From Flavobacteriaceae bacterium (GTDB taxonomy: Bacteria > Bacteroidota > Bacteroidia > Flavobacteriales > Flavobacteriaceae), in assembly GCA_041392125.1 (NCBI GenBank), contig JAWKMR010000008.1, positions 28,701 to 92,700 on the forward strand: a stretch of DNA of 64,000 bases, given 5' to 3'. Shown here in pieces: positions 1 to 10,388 of the stretch. Every line of letters begins with the position of its first letter. The first letter of the stretch is position 1. Below the pieces are notes generated by a model. That model saw only the letters and a program-made list of their open reading frames with translations, was not told the DNA's origin and did not search any database. Position numbers and translations under genes: made by a program.

Positions 1-211
1 CAATATAGGCAAGTATCTTTCCGGTTTTAACATTTTGAAAGCCACTATATTGTTCTGGATTTTCCATGTAGGTCTGTGTTGCTTTCTTAGCCATTACAAT
101 TGCAATGATACCAAATATTAAGCCTAGCACACCATAGCAACAGCAAGTTACAATTGAAATGATACCAAACACTAGTATTAGTGTAGAATTGGGTAATTTT
201 TGTTGTTCCAT
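1..211 (-). CDS. CCC-motif small membrane protein (3' end runs off the window)
   Basis: Not in the ORF track. My translation from ATG at 211 is MEQQKLPNSTLILVFGIISIVTCCCYGVLGLIFGIIAIVMAKKA...KTGKILAYI, with hydrophobic helices flanking a CCC motif. It follows the DUF2752 gene. Confidence 0.85.
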   Translation of the reverse strand, partial: MEQQKLPNSTLILVFGIISIVTCCCYGVLGLIFGIIAIVMAKKATQTYMENPEQYSGFQNVKTGKILAYI

Positions 212-282
212 AATTTTGTTGTTTAGTTAGTATTCTTTAAATGTAAGTAAAAATCTTTAGGTTTCAAGATTTTCATTTTATT

Positions 283-570
283 TTATAGGTGAAAAATGAA
301 ATTCATCTTTATAAAATAGCTAATTATAATAATGAGAATATTGATAGCAATTAAAAAAATCTTGACAGGCCTTTCGTATTTAAATTTAATAAATAATGTG
401 GTAATCAAAAATATAGCTAAAAGTATAAGAGTATAAATAGCGGGGTACATTTTAAAAGCCAAAATAAATTCTCCCCTAAAAAGAAGGGCTGTAGCACGTT
501 GTATGCCACAGCCCAAGCATTCAATTCCAAAAAGCTGCTTATTAAGACAAGGGAGCATATACTCTTCCAT
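283..570 (-). CDS. DUF2752-family membrane protein
   Basis: PC..K..FGIECLGCG.QR motif followed by two TM segments. Confidence 0.85.
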   Translation of the reverse strand: MEEYMLPCLNKQLFGIECLGCGIQRATALLFRGEFILAFKMYPAIYTLILLAIFLITTLFIKFKYERPVKIFLIAINILIIIISYFIKMNFIFHL

Positions 571-585
571 GTCTTACTAATTAAA

Positions 586-2421
586 TTATTTATTAACTAC
601 GTTAATTTTATATACGATAGTTTGATCATCGATTGTCGTTAATCTCACTACATAAACAGCATCGCTTAAATTTCCGGTAGGGAAAGATAGTTTTGTACTA
701 TTCCCAACGTTACTTGCAGAATAAACTAACTTTCCACCCATATCAAAAATATTGAGCGATTTAATGTCATAAGTATCAGGGTTGCTAACTTCCAATTGTT
801 TTGCAGGGTTATTCTGGAAAAATTCTACATTTTTTTGAGAAGCTGCGTTATTTCTTGAAATAACAGGAATATCATCGTCATCATTATTAGGTTTATACTC
901 TTTGAATGTTATATAAAACCTATTCTCATAAGTGCCGGCAGGTAATAGAATGCTAGCCGGAATAACTTCAGCATTTTCAGATTCTTCTTTAATTTCTTGA
1001 TATCTATTGTTTAAGATATCATACAAGTATACCTTAATATTGGGAAGCTTAACAATTTCAATTGCTCTTAAATCAATTTTAGTTTGTTGATTTAGCTTGA
1101 ATGCAACTGGAATATGCTTGTCAATCTCAAAAGGAACGGTTTCAATCACTAATTTTCTTTCATCAACTCCAAGATCTGTTTTGAAGGTAAAATAGGTTTC
1201 TGCAGTGGCATCCATCGGGTGAAAGCCATCTTGACCTTGGTCATAACCATCAGTTGAGTTTTCTGAAAATAATAAAACATTTTCCCGTGTGTGTCCATCA
1301 TTGAAAACACTTACAAAACGAATTTGTGGCCATCTTTCATCCTCAGTTTCAGACGGAGTAGAATTTCCATCATTATTTCTAAATTGGGAATTGTTGGCAA
1401 GTCCTTCTTTCACAAAAACCCTTTGGCTATTATTAATGGTTACGTTTCCATTTGTATTTCCAATGAGCATAAATCCTTGCCCAATAGGAGCGTAGCGTCT
1501 TTCATAGGTAGCTCCGGAGCCATACGAACCTGATGAAGATCCACTAGAATTCCATTGTTGAAAAGTAGCTGTTGTATATGTACCTCCAGGACCACCCGCA
1601 GGAACCCAAGTACCATACCCTCCACGATTTGCTATGTAAGTATGGGAATCTATCGTTCTATCTTCATCCCAATACCAAATAGAAGCTAGGGAAGCATTGT
1701 CTGTGAATACCTGAGCTAAGTCTAATGCAGAAGGATATGGATTTCCTGAAAGAGTCATCATTAGGTTATCCACTGGAATCACAAAACTACCATTATTTGG
1801 TCTTCCTCTAAAATCATAATTTTGGTCATGATTTGTTGTTCCTAGACCCTTCATTGTAAAACCAAACCCAGGAGGAATATTGTAATTTTGTCTAACAAGG
1901 GTATAATTGCTTGCAGCTTCAGTACCTGGCGTAGTATGTGTGTAAATCCATCGGTTAGAAATTGTAAAAGGGCTAATAAAACCATTATGACCAAAAGTGT
2001 GATTTGCTTGGGTGGCAGCTGTAGGTCCTGTAGGGTTATAGTAGCTTAATATCCCAAAATTTTTATTTCCTGGTGTTCCACCACTCAACGTCGGGTTTCC
2101 TATAGGAGAGCACCAATAGGTATAATCCCAAGAATCATCATCTGGAGTATTTTGTTGAACAGAAAGAAGACCAGTTCCACTGTTTGAGGAAGCTGTGGCT
2201 CCTTGGATTAACTGTGAATCATTTCTTAAGTAAATACTGGCTCTTGTGTTTGGGTCATTAGTGTTTTGCACCAAATTTACATCTTGCTCAACAAATAGTA
2301 GTTGATCATTAACATAGATGTAAGAATCTGTTGAAGTAGTTGTATTCGGGGTAACATACAACTGCGCACGTAAGCTATTAGCACATGCCAAAGTAATTAA
2401 TAATAGTAGTAGGTTTTTCAT
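586..2421 (-). CDS. Secreted protein with T9SS type A C-terminal sorting domain
   Basis: Signal peptide ending RA-Q; YTYWCSP and GNPYPSA motifs typical of flavobacterial T9SS cargo; C-terminus with IFDMGGKLV, LSDAVYVVRL and KINV. Confidence 0.8.
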   Translation of the reverse strand: MKNLLLLLITLACANSLRAQLYVTPNTTTSTDSYIYVNDQLLFVEQDVNLVQNTNDPNTRASIYLRNDSQLIQGATASSNSGTGLLSVQQNTPDDDSWDYTYWCSPIGNPTLSGGTPGNKNFGILSYYNPTGPTAATQANHTFGHNGFISPFTISNRWIYTHTTPGTEAASNYTLVRQNYNIPPGFGFTMKGLGTTNHDQNYDFRGRPNNGSFVIPVDNLMMTLSGNPYPSALDLAQVFTDNASLASIWYWDEDRTIDSHTYIANRGGYGTWVPAGGPGGTYTTATFQQWNSSGSSSGSYGSGATYERRYAPIGQGFMLIGNTNGNVTINNSQRVFVKEGLANNSQFRNNDGNSTPSETEDERWPQIRFVSVFNDGHTRENVLLFSENSTDGYDQGQDGFHPMDATAETYFTFKTDLGVDERKLVIETVPFEIDKHIPVAFKLNQQTKIDLRAIEIVKLPNIKVYLYDILNNRYQEIKEESENAEVIPASILLPAGTYENRFYITFKEYKPNNDDDDIPVISRNNAASQKNVEFFQNNPAKQLEVSNPDTYDIKSLNIFDMGGKLVYSASNVGNSTKLSFPTGNLSDAVYVVRLTTIDDQTIVYKINVVNK

Positions 2422-2578
2422 ACTTTTTATGTTTATGAAGGGTCTATTTGGGGTAAAGCCTTCTATTCTATTTTGTAAAAATAATATTATTTTTCAAATT
2501 TTAGCATTTTTTGAGAGTATTTTCCTCAATTTTAGCGTGTTTTGAAAAATATTTAAAATTGCAGATGACTACTTTTTT

Positions 2579-3133
2579 ATGAAAAATTTTAAAATAGGAG
2601 CCAAAGTTTCGGTATTGGATGAGCCAATTTCTGGCAAAATAATTGAAAAAAAAGGAAAGGAAATTGTTGTTTTAACCAATGATGGTTTTGAGATGACTTT
2701 TTTTGAAAATGAATTGGTTGTTGAAGAAGAAATAACTGCGGACAGCCTTTCCAAGGGTATTGAGAATACGATTCAGTCCGAACATCATTCAATTCGAAAA
2801 AAAAGAAAAGAAAAAATAACAAAAAAGGGGACTACGCCGCCCATGGAGGTGGATCTTCACATTGAAAAATTAATTAAAAATCCGAAGCATTTGTCAAATT
2901 TTCAATTACTTACCATACAATTAGATACAGCAAAATACAAATTAGAGTTTGCAATAGCTAAAAAAATTCAACGTGTCATTTTTATTCATGGAATGGGTGA
3001 AGGGGTATTGCGTGCCGAACTAGAATTTATGGTCAATCGCTTTGATGGCTTAAAATATCAGGATGCAGACTACAAGAAATATGGAAATGGCGCAATAGAG
3101 GTTTATATTCCACAAAATGCAATGAAAAACTAA
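2579..3133 (+). CDS. Smr-domain (MutS2 C-terminal-like) protein
   Basis: EVDLHIEKL and FIHGMGEGVLR Smr motifs; N-terminal FKIGAKVSVLD domain. Confidence 0.85.
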   Translation: MKNFKIGAKVSVLDEPISGKIIEKKGKEIVVLTNDGFEMTFFENELVVEEEITADSLSKGIENTIQSEHHSIRKKRKEKITKKGTTPPMEVDLHIEKLIKNPKHLSNFQLLTIQLDTAKYKLEFAIAKKIQRVIFIHGMGEGVLRAELEFMVNRFDGLKYQDADYKKYGNGAIEVYIPQNAMKN

Positions 3134-4014
3134 AAGCCGGGTGTTGTAGAGAGTTCCCCGCTTAAAATCCCATCGATAGTTCCAAAATTTAAAGTTTCGT
3201 AGATACGCTGCTCGTTTTCGTTAACCAAAATTAAGTTGTTAATTTTTAAAATAGCGTCGGTAGTAAAATCAAATACGTGTTCCCGGTATGCTTCTATTGA
3301 AAATTTTTCTACTACTTCAGGGTTCAAATAATTTGGTCCAACAGTGCTATCCGTAATATCATCTGTAGGATTTAGATTCCTATTAGCATCTTCATTTATG
3401 GTTAAAACACCATCGCCATCATCATCATCGTCAAGATAATCAGCAATCCCGTCATGATCGGTATCCTTTGGGTTAGTCAACGGGTCATTGTCTCCGTCGG
3501 TATTTTCGGTATCAAGTTCTAACCTTGTAGGCACATTATCTCCGTCATCATCAAAATCGAAATAATCGGGTATGCCATCCATATCGGTGTCACCAACAAA
3601 CTCTTTTTCAAAAGGAACTCCATCGTCATCGTCATATTTCGCAATTGTCAAAAGAGTTAATGTGCCGGAGTTTCCAATGAATTCTGAAATTACTTGCGGT
3701 GAGGTAGGAGGTACCTCGGTGCAAAAATAGCTGGAAGTTACTTCGCTATTAAAAACTCGGTAATTTACAAAGTTGTTGGCATTTAGCGCAATGGAAGTAG
3801 TATCGGAAGCAATAAAAAGATCAGAATCGCCTTGTATTAACAGTGAAATTGCTTCGGTGTTAGCCTCGTTAATCTTGTAAAAAAGGAAGCTATCGCTTCC
3901 ATTACAGAATTGTATCGCCGCATTGTCAAAATCGAAAGAGGTGTCAATAATTTCGCCATCGTTACATCCCAGAAAAAGGGTACTCAAAATAATAAAACTA
4001 AAAAGTTTTTGCAT
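3130..4014 (-). CDS. Lipoprotein with Asp-rich calcium-binding (TSP3-like) repeats
   Basis: Lipobox FLGC; repeated DTDxDGIxDYxDxDDDGD motifs. Confidence 0.75.
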   Translation of the reverse strand: MQKLFSFIILSTLFLGCNDGEIIDTSFDFDNAAIQFCNGSDSFLFYKINEANTEAISLLIQGDSDLFIASDTTSIALNANNFVNYRVFNSEVTSSYFCTEVPPTSPQVISEFIGNSGTLTLLTIAKYDDDDGVPFEKEFVGDTDMDGIPDYFDFDDDGDNVPTRLELDTENTDGDNDPLTNPKDTDHDGIADYLDDDDDGDGVLTINEDANRNLNPTDDITDSTVGPNYLNPEVVEKFSIEAYREHVFDFTTDAILKINNLILVNENEQRIYETLNFGTIDGILSGELSTTPGF

Positions 4015-4123
4015 TTACGTATCATTTTTACAATTACAAAATAAAACATTTCAAAAATTACTGTTCACAAAGAACGGGTATTAATGTGTATTTTTGCTAA
4101 AAATAGTTTAGAAAATCCTATAG

Positions 4124-5272
4124 ATGAAGAAAGTGTATTTAGATAATGCCGCCACGACTCAATTGAGAAATGAAGTAATACATACGATGATTAACGTATT
4201 AAAAACAGAACATGGAAATCCCTCATCTACACATGCTTACGGAAGGTCTTCTAAATCACTACTCGAAAATTGCCGAAAAGAAATTGCTCGATTATTTCGT
4301 GTACAAGCTTCGGAAATTATATTTACTTCCGGGGGAACGGAGGCTGATAATTTAATTCTTCAAAGTGCTGTTGAAAATTTGGGAATTGAACGTATCGTAA
4401 CCAGTAAATTAGAACACCATGCAGTGTTAAATACCATAAAATCTCTTCAGCTAAAGGAAGGAATAGAAGTAGCTTTTATAAAGCACCATCAAGATAGCAG
4501 TATTGATATTGAAGACTTTGAAACCATTTTAAAAAATTCCTCCAAAAAAACATTGGTTAGTCTTATGCACGTTAATAATGAGATTGGAACTTTGTTGCCT
4601 CTTGATGAAGTAGCTCGAATTAGCAAGCGCTACAACGCATTATTTCATAGTGATATGGTCCAATCGATCGGGCATTTTAGTATAGATTTTAATACTGTCT
4701 TGGTTGACTTTGCAGCGGCTTCTGCACATAAATTTCATGGCCCAAAAGGAGTAGGCTTTGCTTTTATTCGAAAAAATTCGGGTTTAAAACCAGTTCAGTT
4801 TGGAGGAGGACAGGAACGTGGTTTAAGAGCTGGTACAGAAGCGGTATATGCTGTAGCCGGGATGACTGAAGCTTTAAAAATAGGGTATCAGAACCTTGAG
4901 AGAGAAAAGACTTATATCCTCTCATTAAAAGAATATTTTAAAAATGAACTTATTAAAAATTTTAAGACTGTAAGTTTTAATGCACTTAGCGGCGATTTAG
5001 AAAAGAGTAGCTACACCACAATAAGCGTTCATTTGCCGCTTCCGGAAAATAAAGCACAATTGTTAACTTTTCAATTGGATTTAAGAGGAATTGCCTGCTC
5101 TGAAGGGAGTGCTTGCCAAAGTGGAAGCCAAGAAGGATCTCATGTGCTCAAAGAACTCCTTTCTGAAGAACAATTAAAAAACCCTTCACTACGCTTTTCC
5201 TTTTCTATATTCAATACAAAAGAGGAGGTAGATTATGTAATAGAAACCTTGAAAGAATTTATCGAAAATTAG
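4124..5272 (+). CDS. iscS: Cysteine desulfurase (IscS/NifS, class V PLP enzyme)
   Basis: YLDNAATT, GNPSS, SAHKFHGPKG (PLP lysine) and SEGSAC (catalytic Cys). Confidence 0.9.
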   Translation: MKKVYLDNAATTQLRNEVIHTMINVLKTEHGNPSSTHAYGRSSKSLLENCRKEIARLFRVQASEIIFTSGGTEADNLILQSAVENLGIERIVTSKLEHHAVLNTIKSLQLKEGIEVAFIKHHQDSSIDIEDFETILKNSSKKTLVSLMHVNNEIGTLLPLDEVARISKRYNALFHSDMVQSIGHFSIDFNTVLVDFAAASAHKFHGPKGVGFAFIRKNSGLKPVQFGGGQERGLRAGTEAVYAVAGMTEALKIGYQNLEREKTYILSLKEYFKNELIKNFKTVSFNALSGDLEKSSYTTISVHLPLPENKAQLLTFQLDLRGIACSEGSACQSGSQEGSHVLKELLSEEQLKNPSLRFSFSIFNTKEEVDYVIETLKEFIEN

Positions 5273-7737
5273 AATTTTGAGGTGATTCTAACGTTAAAAA
5301 CCCGCGGTGTAAGATAGTTAGGAATTGCATACTGCACTTTAGTATACACATCTCTTACAAAGGTATTGGTAATAGAGTTTTGTACATCAAAAATGTTGAA
5401 AATCTCTGCACCAATGGTAAGTTCTTTAAATGGTTTTAACCAGCCACTTTCCTTTCGCTTTTTATCATGAATTAACACATACGAAATCCCTAAATCGGCT
5501 CTTTTATAATCATTTAAGCGAGTTTGAAAATCGTAAGGGTCTGCATAACTAGGGGAACCGCCGGGAAGCCCAGTATTATAAACCATGTTTAAGTACATTT
5601 TTAAATCGGGAATAATTTTCACGTAATCCTGAAACAGCACACCAAATTTTAACCGCTGGTCTGTAGGCCTAAAGATGTATCCACGGTCATTAATGTTTTC
5701 TTCTGTTTTAAGATAGCCGAAACTTACCCAACTTTCGGTGCCTGGAACAAATTCTCCTGCTAAGCGCAAGTCAACACCATAAGCATAGGCAATAGCATTG
5801 TTATTAGCTCGATAACGGATGCGAACATTTTCAAGAGTGTATGGATTTACATCGGTAAGACTCTTATAATATGCTTCTGAATTTAATGTGAAAGGACGTC
5901 CCCATAAGTCGAAACTATAATCATTCCCTAAAACAATATGAACAGATTGTTGCGCTTTTACTCCCGGCCTCACGGTTCCTGTTGAGTCACGTAACTCTCT
6001 ATAAAATGGAGGCTGATGATAAAATCCTCCCGATAGACGGAACAACATATCCATATCCCATTTTGGTTTTATAGATATTTGGGCTCTTGGACTAAAAACG
6101 GTTTGTGTTATATTTTTTATACCGTCACCGCTTACAGTCCAATTTTGAGCACGAACCCCTGCATTAAGATATATTTCGTTATCACCTAAAAAAGTTCTTT
6201 TGCTCCATTGTGCGTATCCGGATAACCTATTAATCTGGGCACTGTTTTGTGCTCTAATATTGGTATATGGGACGATGGGAGAGTCGTAGGCTTCATACGG
6301 TTGATCGTTGGCATAATCTTCTAGTGGTGGACGAATGGAAAAACCTGCAGAATCTATAATTTCATACTCTTGAATACGATCTCGAATATCTTCGCGGGTG
6401 TATTTAAATCCATATTCAATTCTGCTCTCATCTATGTCATAGACCCCTTTATGTTCAAAATTCATAATAAGGGCATCTAAATCATTTCGGGCATGTGTTA
6501 ACTGCCCTCCAATGCCTTCAGCAAATTCTACTTCTCCTAAATTTTCATCGCCAATGTTAGTGTTAACTTCTCCTAAAAGATACTGAGCTTGAATGTCAAA
6601 ATATTCCTGTTCAGTAGTTTGATAAATAGAACCAATAAATTTGGCTGTAAAATTTTCAGAAATCGCATAAGTTCCTTTTAATGCTCCAAAATAGGTATTG
6701 TATCGATCATCTTCTTGACCTTCGTAAAAAACCAGTAGCGCTCGGGGGTCAGCTAGTGTGCCGAAGTTTGTTTGGCGGGATAAAGGTTGGTATTGGTAAT
6801 CATTTATAGAAACATTTCCCAAGACTCCAAGTTCAAATTTGTTACTTAATTTGTAGGTAAGATACGCTTGTGCATCGGCAAAAGTGGGGCGGAAGTTAGT
6901 TTCGGTTTCTTTGGCATTTACAAATAGGCTATTATCTCTGTAACGAAGCCCTACAATGCCTGTGAGTCTTCCCGATTTCGATTTTCCACCTACGGAAACA
7001 CTTCCCCCCAATAAACTGGCATCCAGTGAGGCCTCAAAACTAGTCGGACGGCGATAAGTAATATCTAAAACTGAAGAAAGTTTATCGCCAAACTTGGCTT
7101 GAAATCCTCCGGCAGAGAAATCGACACTTGAGGTTAGATCGGTATTGACAAAACTTAAGCCCTCCTGTTGTCCACTTCTAATTAAAAAGGGACGATACAC
7201 TTCAATTTCATTAACATATACTAAGTTTTCATCATAATTGCCACCACGAACAGCATATTGGGTACTAAGTTCGTTATTACCACTTACGCCGGGAAGCGAC
7301 ATTAATACATTTTCAACACCAGCGTTGGCACCCGTCATTTTTCTTGCGATTTCAGGAGTAAAAGAAGTGACTCCTTCAACACGTTTCCTTTTTTTAGCAT
7401 CGATAATGACCGTTGTAATGACTTCCACATCGGTGGGCATTTGAGGGTTAAACTCGTAGTCCTCGTTATTAGATAGGGTTACCGATAGCTTAATATTTTT
7501 ATATCCTAAGTAAGAAAAGGTAATTGTTATTTCTCGATTTGCAGGTATTTCCAATACATACACCCCGTTATTATCGGTTAAAGTTCCTTTGTCATCATAA
7601 GAGACAGAGGCACCTGGGACAGTTTTTCCTTGTTCATCAAAAACAATTCCTTTTATGGTTGCCGTTTGAGCTGTAACAATGGTTGTAAAAAGAATAAAAA
7701 GAAACAGGAGTTGTAATGGTAGTGTTTTCAAAAGCAA
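5269..7737 (-). CDS. TonB-dependent receptor-like outer membrane protein with N-terminal carboxypeptidase-regulatory-like domain
   Basis: Signal peptide, plug motif YAVRGGNYDENLVYVN, GGFQAKFGDKLSSV, beta-strand C-terminus ending in F. Confidence 0.8.
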   Translation of the reverse strand: MLLKTLPLQLLFLFILFTTIVTAQTATIKGIVFDEQGKTVPGASVSYDDKGTLTDNNGVYVLEIPANREITITFSYLGYKNIKLSVTLSNNEDYEFNPQMPTDVEVITTVIIDAKKRKRVEGVTSFTPEIARKMTGANAGVENVLMSLPGVSGNNELSTQYAVRGGNYDENLVYVNEIEVYRPFLIRSGQQEGLSFVNTDLTSSVDFSAGGFQAKFGDKLSSVLDITYRRPTSFEASLDASLLGGSVSVGGKSKSGRLTGIVGLRYRDNSLFVNAKETETNFRPTFADAQAYLTYKLSNKFELGVLGNVSINDYQYQPLSRQTNFGTLADPRALLVFYEGQEDDRYNTYFGALKGTYAISENFTAKFIGSIYQTTEQEYFDIQAQYLLGEVNTNIGDENLGEVEFAEGIGGQLTHARNDLDALIMNFEHKGVYDIDESRIEYGFKYTREDIRDRIQEYEIIDSAGFSIRPPLEDYANDQPYEAYDSPIVPYTNIRAQNSAQINRLSGYAQWSKRTFLGDNEIYLNAGVRAQNWTVSGDGIKNITQTVFSPRAQISIKPKWDMDMLFRLSGGFYHQPPFYRELRDSTGTVRPGVKAQQSVHIVLGNDYSFDLWGRPFTLNSEAYYKSLTDVNPYTLENVRIRYRANNNAIAYAYGVDLRLAGEFVPGTESWVSFGYLKTEENINDRGYIFRPTDQRLKFGVLFQDYVKIIPDLKMYLNMVYNTGLPGGSPSYADPYDFQTRLNDYKRADLGISYVLIHDKKRKESGWLKPFKELTIGAEIFNIFDVQNSITNTFVRDVYTKVQYAIPNYLTPRVFNVRITSKF

Positions 7738-7746
7738 TAATTAGGG

Positions 7747-9432
7747 TTATTTTCTGAAAAAAGTTGCTTCAAATGTAGCACTATTTCCTACATTATCGAC
7801 AACAATTACTTGTAAATTGTTTTCGGTTTCGTTGGTTACTTGGTCATCAAAATCATATACAAGAACGTCTTTTTTGTAATCATATTCTGTGAGAATAAAT
7901 TTTCCGTTAATAGTCGCTCTATAACTACTTACTCCGGTTTCTTTATCTTCAATCTTAATTTCCAAGGTATTGTTTTTACTGATCCACTGCCCGTCTTTAA
8001 AATTTTTGGGCGCAATATTAGGTGGAATAGTATCTAATGCTAAAGCATACGTACCAAAAGTACGTACTCCCGCACTTAGTTTAGTGCCTTTTCTACTGGT
8101 AGAATTATAGTAGGGGACACCTTTATAATTGAGCCTTCCAATGTATAGTTTATTCAAATCTGCTTCTTGGTAATTGGAAGCGTCTACAGTGATCGTAATA
8201 TTTTTGTGAATAGGTATGACATCTTCATGAAAAACTAAGGTATCTCCTTTTGCTTCAATAGCAAGATAAGTGTCTTCATAGAGACTTTCGGAAGGAATAT
8301 AGATGCTAAATTTCCCTTTGGTAATAGATGTTGCTTGGTCTGCATAAATAAAGTCTGAAGTCTTTTCCAACTGCTTCGGGTCTTTTATTTCTTCTTTTTT
8401 GCCCTCTATTGGAACCGTAATTAATACGGTGTTTCCATCGAAGTCTGAAACTTCCATCGTGTACATAGAGGCAAATCCGTCTTCTACTTGCACAAAACCC
8501 TGATTTACTTCTTGAACAATAACACTTAATGGATTATTAGTTTCTCTAAAAAGCTTCTGAACTCTACTTTTATTGGTTTCAAAATAATGGTAATCGATAT
8601 AGCGATTTAAATATCGGGTTTCATCAAAAGAAAATTTATTAAATAAAACCGTAAAATAGGGTTCGCCATTGTATTTGGTTTTTATTTGATAGGTTCCGTT
8701 TTTATTGGAAGCACCATTTTGTTGATCGTAAGCAGAAATTCCGAAGCCAATTTTCCCGAAAGCCGTAATATTTTCGGCAACATACGATCCATCTTTTTGC
8801 CGCTTAAGCCTTAATTTTACAGGATTTTGCGATTGATCTACATGAGCATCGTCGCTATATGGGTAGGCAAAGACACTATTAACCAGGGGGGTTGTTGTGT
8901 CTGGAATTTTAATTCCGAAAAGCAATGGATTCATGGGGCGCGATGCTGCATCCCGAATTTCAAAATGTAAATGAGGGCCGCCACTACTGCCACTATTTCC
9001 TGTGTATGCTATAATGTCTCCTTTTTTTACAGGTAACATAGTAGCTTCCGGGAAAAGCTCAATTTCGTAGCTTTCTTTTTTATACTGATTTTGCTTCACG
9101 TAGTCTTGTATATCGCCCGCATATTTTTGCAAGTGAGCATACACCGTACTATGACCATTGGGATGTTGAATGTACAATGCTTTTCCATAGCCATAATGAC
9201 TCACTTTAATTCTTTGTATATATCCGTCGGCAGTAGCATACACCGGAAACCCTTCCTTTTGTTGAGTTTTTATGTCTAATCCGCTATGAAAATGATTACT
9301 TCGAAGTTCTCCAAAATTTCCGGAGAGATACATGGAAATATCCAAAGGGTTACTAAAAAAATCTTGAGGAATGTTTTCTTGACTTCTTAATAGGGAAGTG
9401 GTAAGAAAAAAGAGTACTAATAATTGCTTCAT
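7747..9432 (-). CDS. M23 family metallopeptidase
   Basis: HSGLD (HxxxD), YAHL and GPHLHFEIR (HxH) motifs. Confidence 0.88.
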   Translation of the reverse strand: MKQLLVLFFLTTSLLRSQENIPQDFFSNPLDISMYLSGNFGELRSNHFHSGLDIKTQQKEGFPVYATADGYIQRIKVSHYGYGKALYIQHPNGHSTVYAHLQKYAGDIQDYVKQNQYKKESYEIELFPEATMLPVKKGDIIAYTGNSGSSGGPHLHFEIRDAASRPMNPLLFGIKIPDTTTPLVNSVFAYPYSDDAHVDQSQNPVKLRLKRQKDGSYVAENITAFGKIGFGISAYDQQNGASNKNGTYQIKTKYNGEPYFTVLFNKFSFDETRYLNRYIDYHYFETNKSRVQKLFRETNNPLSVIVQEVNQGFVQVEDGFASMYTMEVSDFDGNTVLITVPIEGKKEEIKDPKQLEKTSDFIYADQATSITKGKFSIYIPSESLYEDTYLAIEAKGDTLVFHEDVIPIHKNITITVDASNYQEADLNKLYIGRLNYKGVPYYNSTSRKGTKLSAGVRTFGTYALALDTIPPNIAPKNFKDGQWISKNNTLEIKIEDKETGVSSYRATINGKFILTEYDYKKDVLVYDFDDQVTNETENNLQVIVVDNVGNSATFEATFFRK

Positions 9433-9517
9433 TTAAAGAGAAAGTTACTCTAAAATAATGGGGAGAATTCTGTTTTATTGTATTTAACTTCAATATTACA
9501 AAAAAATACCTAAAAGT

Positions 9518-9549
9518 GTTGGCTTATTGAAAGTCGAATGTTAACTTTG
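9518..9549 (+). promoter_or_regulatory. Bacteroidota primary-sigma promoter for the zapB-like/zapA unit
   Basis: TTG at 9519-9521, 20-bp spacer, TAACTTTG at 9542-9549. Confidence 0.6.
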
Positions 9550-9577
9550 TAGAGTAAGTATTGAAAACGCTTATTAC

Positions 9578-9868
9578 ATGTCTCAACTTTCAGAAATTGT
9601 TGACAGTCTTGAAAATAGAATAAGCAAGCTTCTTCATAATTATGAAAAGCTAAAGCAAAGCAAGCTTAGACTGGAAGAACAATTTCAACAATTAGAAAGC
9701 CAACATCGTCAAAATGCAAGACAAATTGACGAATGGAAAGAGAAATTTGAGAGTTTAAAATTAGCAAATTCAATGCTTGGCAGCGACCAATATAAACGAG
9801 ATACAAAACTCAAAATAAATGCATTAATTCGGGAAATTGATCAATGTATTGCACAGCTTTCCGAATAA
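9578..9868 (+). CDS. Coiled-coil protein upstream of zapA (ZapB-like)
   Basis: Fully heptad/coiled-coil sequence ending LIREIDQCIAQL; directly upstream of zapA. Confidence 0.7.
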   Translation: MSQLSEIVDSLENRISKLLHNYEKLKQSKLRLEEQFQQLESQHRQNARQIDEWKEKFESLKLANSMLGSDQYKRDTKLKINALIREIDQCIAQLSE

Positions 9869-9879
9869 CAAAATAATCA

Positions 9880-10170
9880 ATGTCGAACGCACTTAAAATT
9901 AAACTTTCTATTGCAGACAGGGTGTATCCATTAACTATTAATCCCAACCAAGAAGAAGGGCTTCGTAGTGCCACCAAGAAAATAGAAGAGATGATTAAGC
10001 GTTTTGAAAACAGTTATGCCGTACGAGACAAACAAGATGTTTTGGCCATGTGTGCCCTTCAGTTTGCAGCTCAGGTAGAACAAAAAAACATTGATAAAGT
10101 GAACGATCAAGAACAAGTAGAAGAAAAACTTGAAGCCTTAAATAAGCTCTTGCTCGATCATCTTGCATAA
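9880..10170 (+). CDS. zapA: Cell division protein ZapA
   Basis: IKLSIADRVYPL...EEGLR.A...DVLAM.AL ZapA fold; zapA-6S-rny gene order. Confidence 0.88.
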   Translation: MSNALKIKLSIADRVYPLTINPNQEEGLRSATKKIEEMIKRFENSYAVRDKQDVLAMCALQFAAQVEQKNIDKVNDQEQVEEKLEALNKLLLDHLA

Positions 10171-10200
10171 CGTTCTTTAAAATAAAATAGTAAGGTTACT

Positions 10201-10362
10201 GCCTACATTAGTATTATTTTTTGGTAAACTCAACAGGAATTCTTTAAAAAGGGTGAGTTGAAGTTGTAAAAGCGCGCCGTCTTTGAACGGATACTTGACC
10301 AGCTTGTTAACCCTAAACTTGTTTTAAGGAGTTTATACAAAATCGCAATTATTAATGTAGGC
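10201..10362 (+). ncRNA. ssrS: 6S RNA (Flavobacteria type)
   Basis: Between zapA and rny, the usual 6S position. Long self-complementary rod: GCCTACATTA (10201) pairs with TAATGTAGGC (10353-10362), and AAACTC pairs with GAGTTT. Followed by a T-run. Confidence 0.85.
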
Positions 10363-10388
10363 TTTTTTATTTCAACAAATCAACACTC

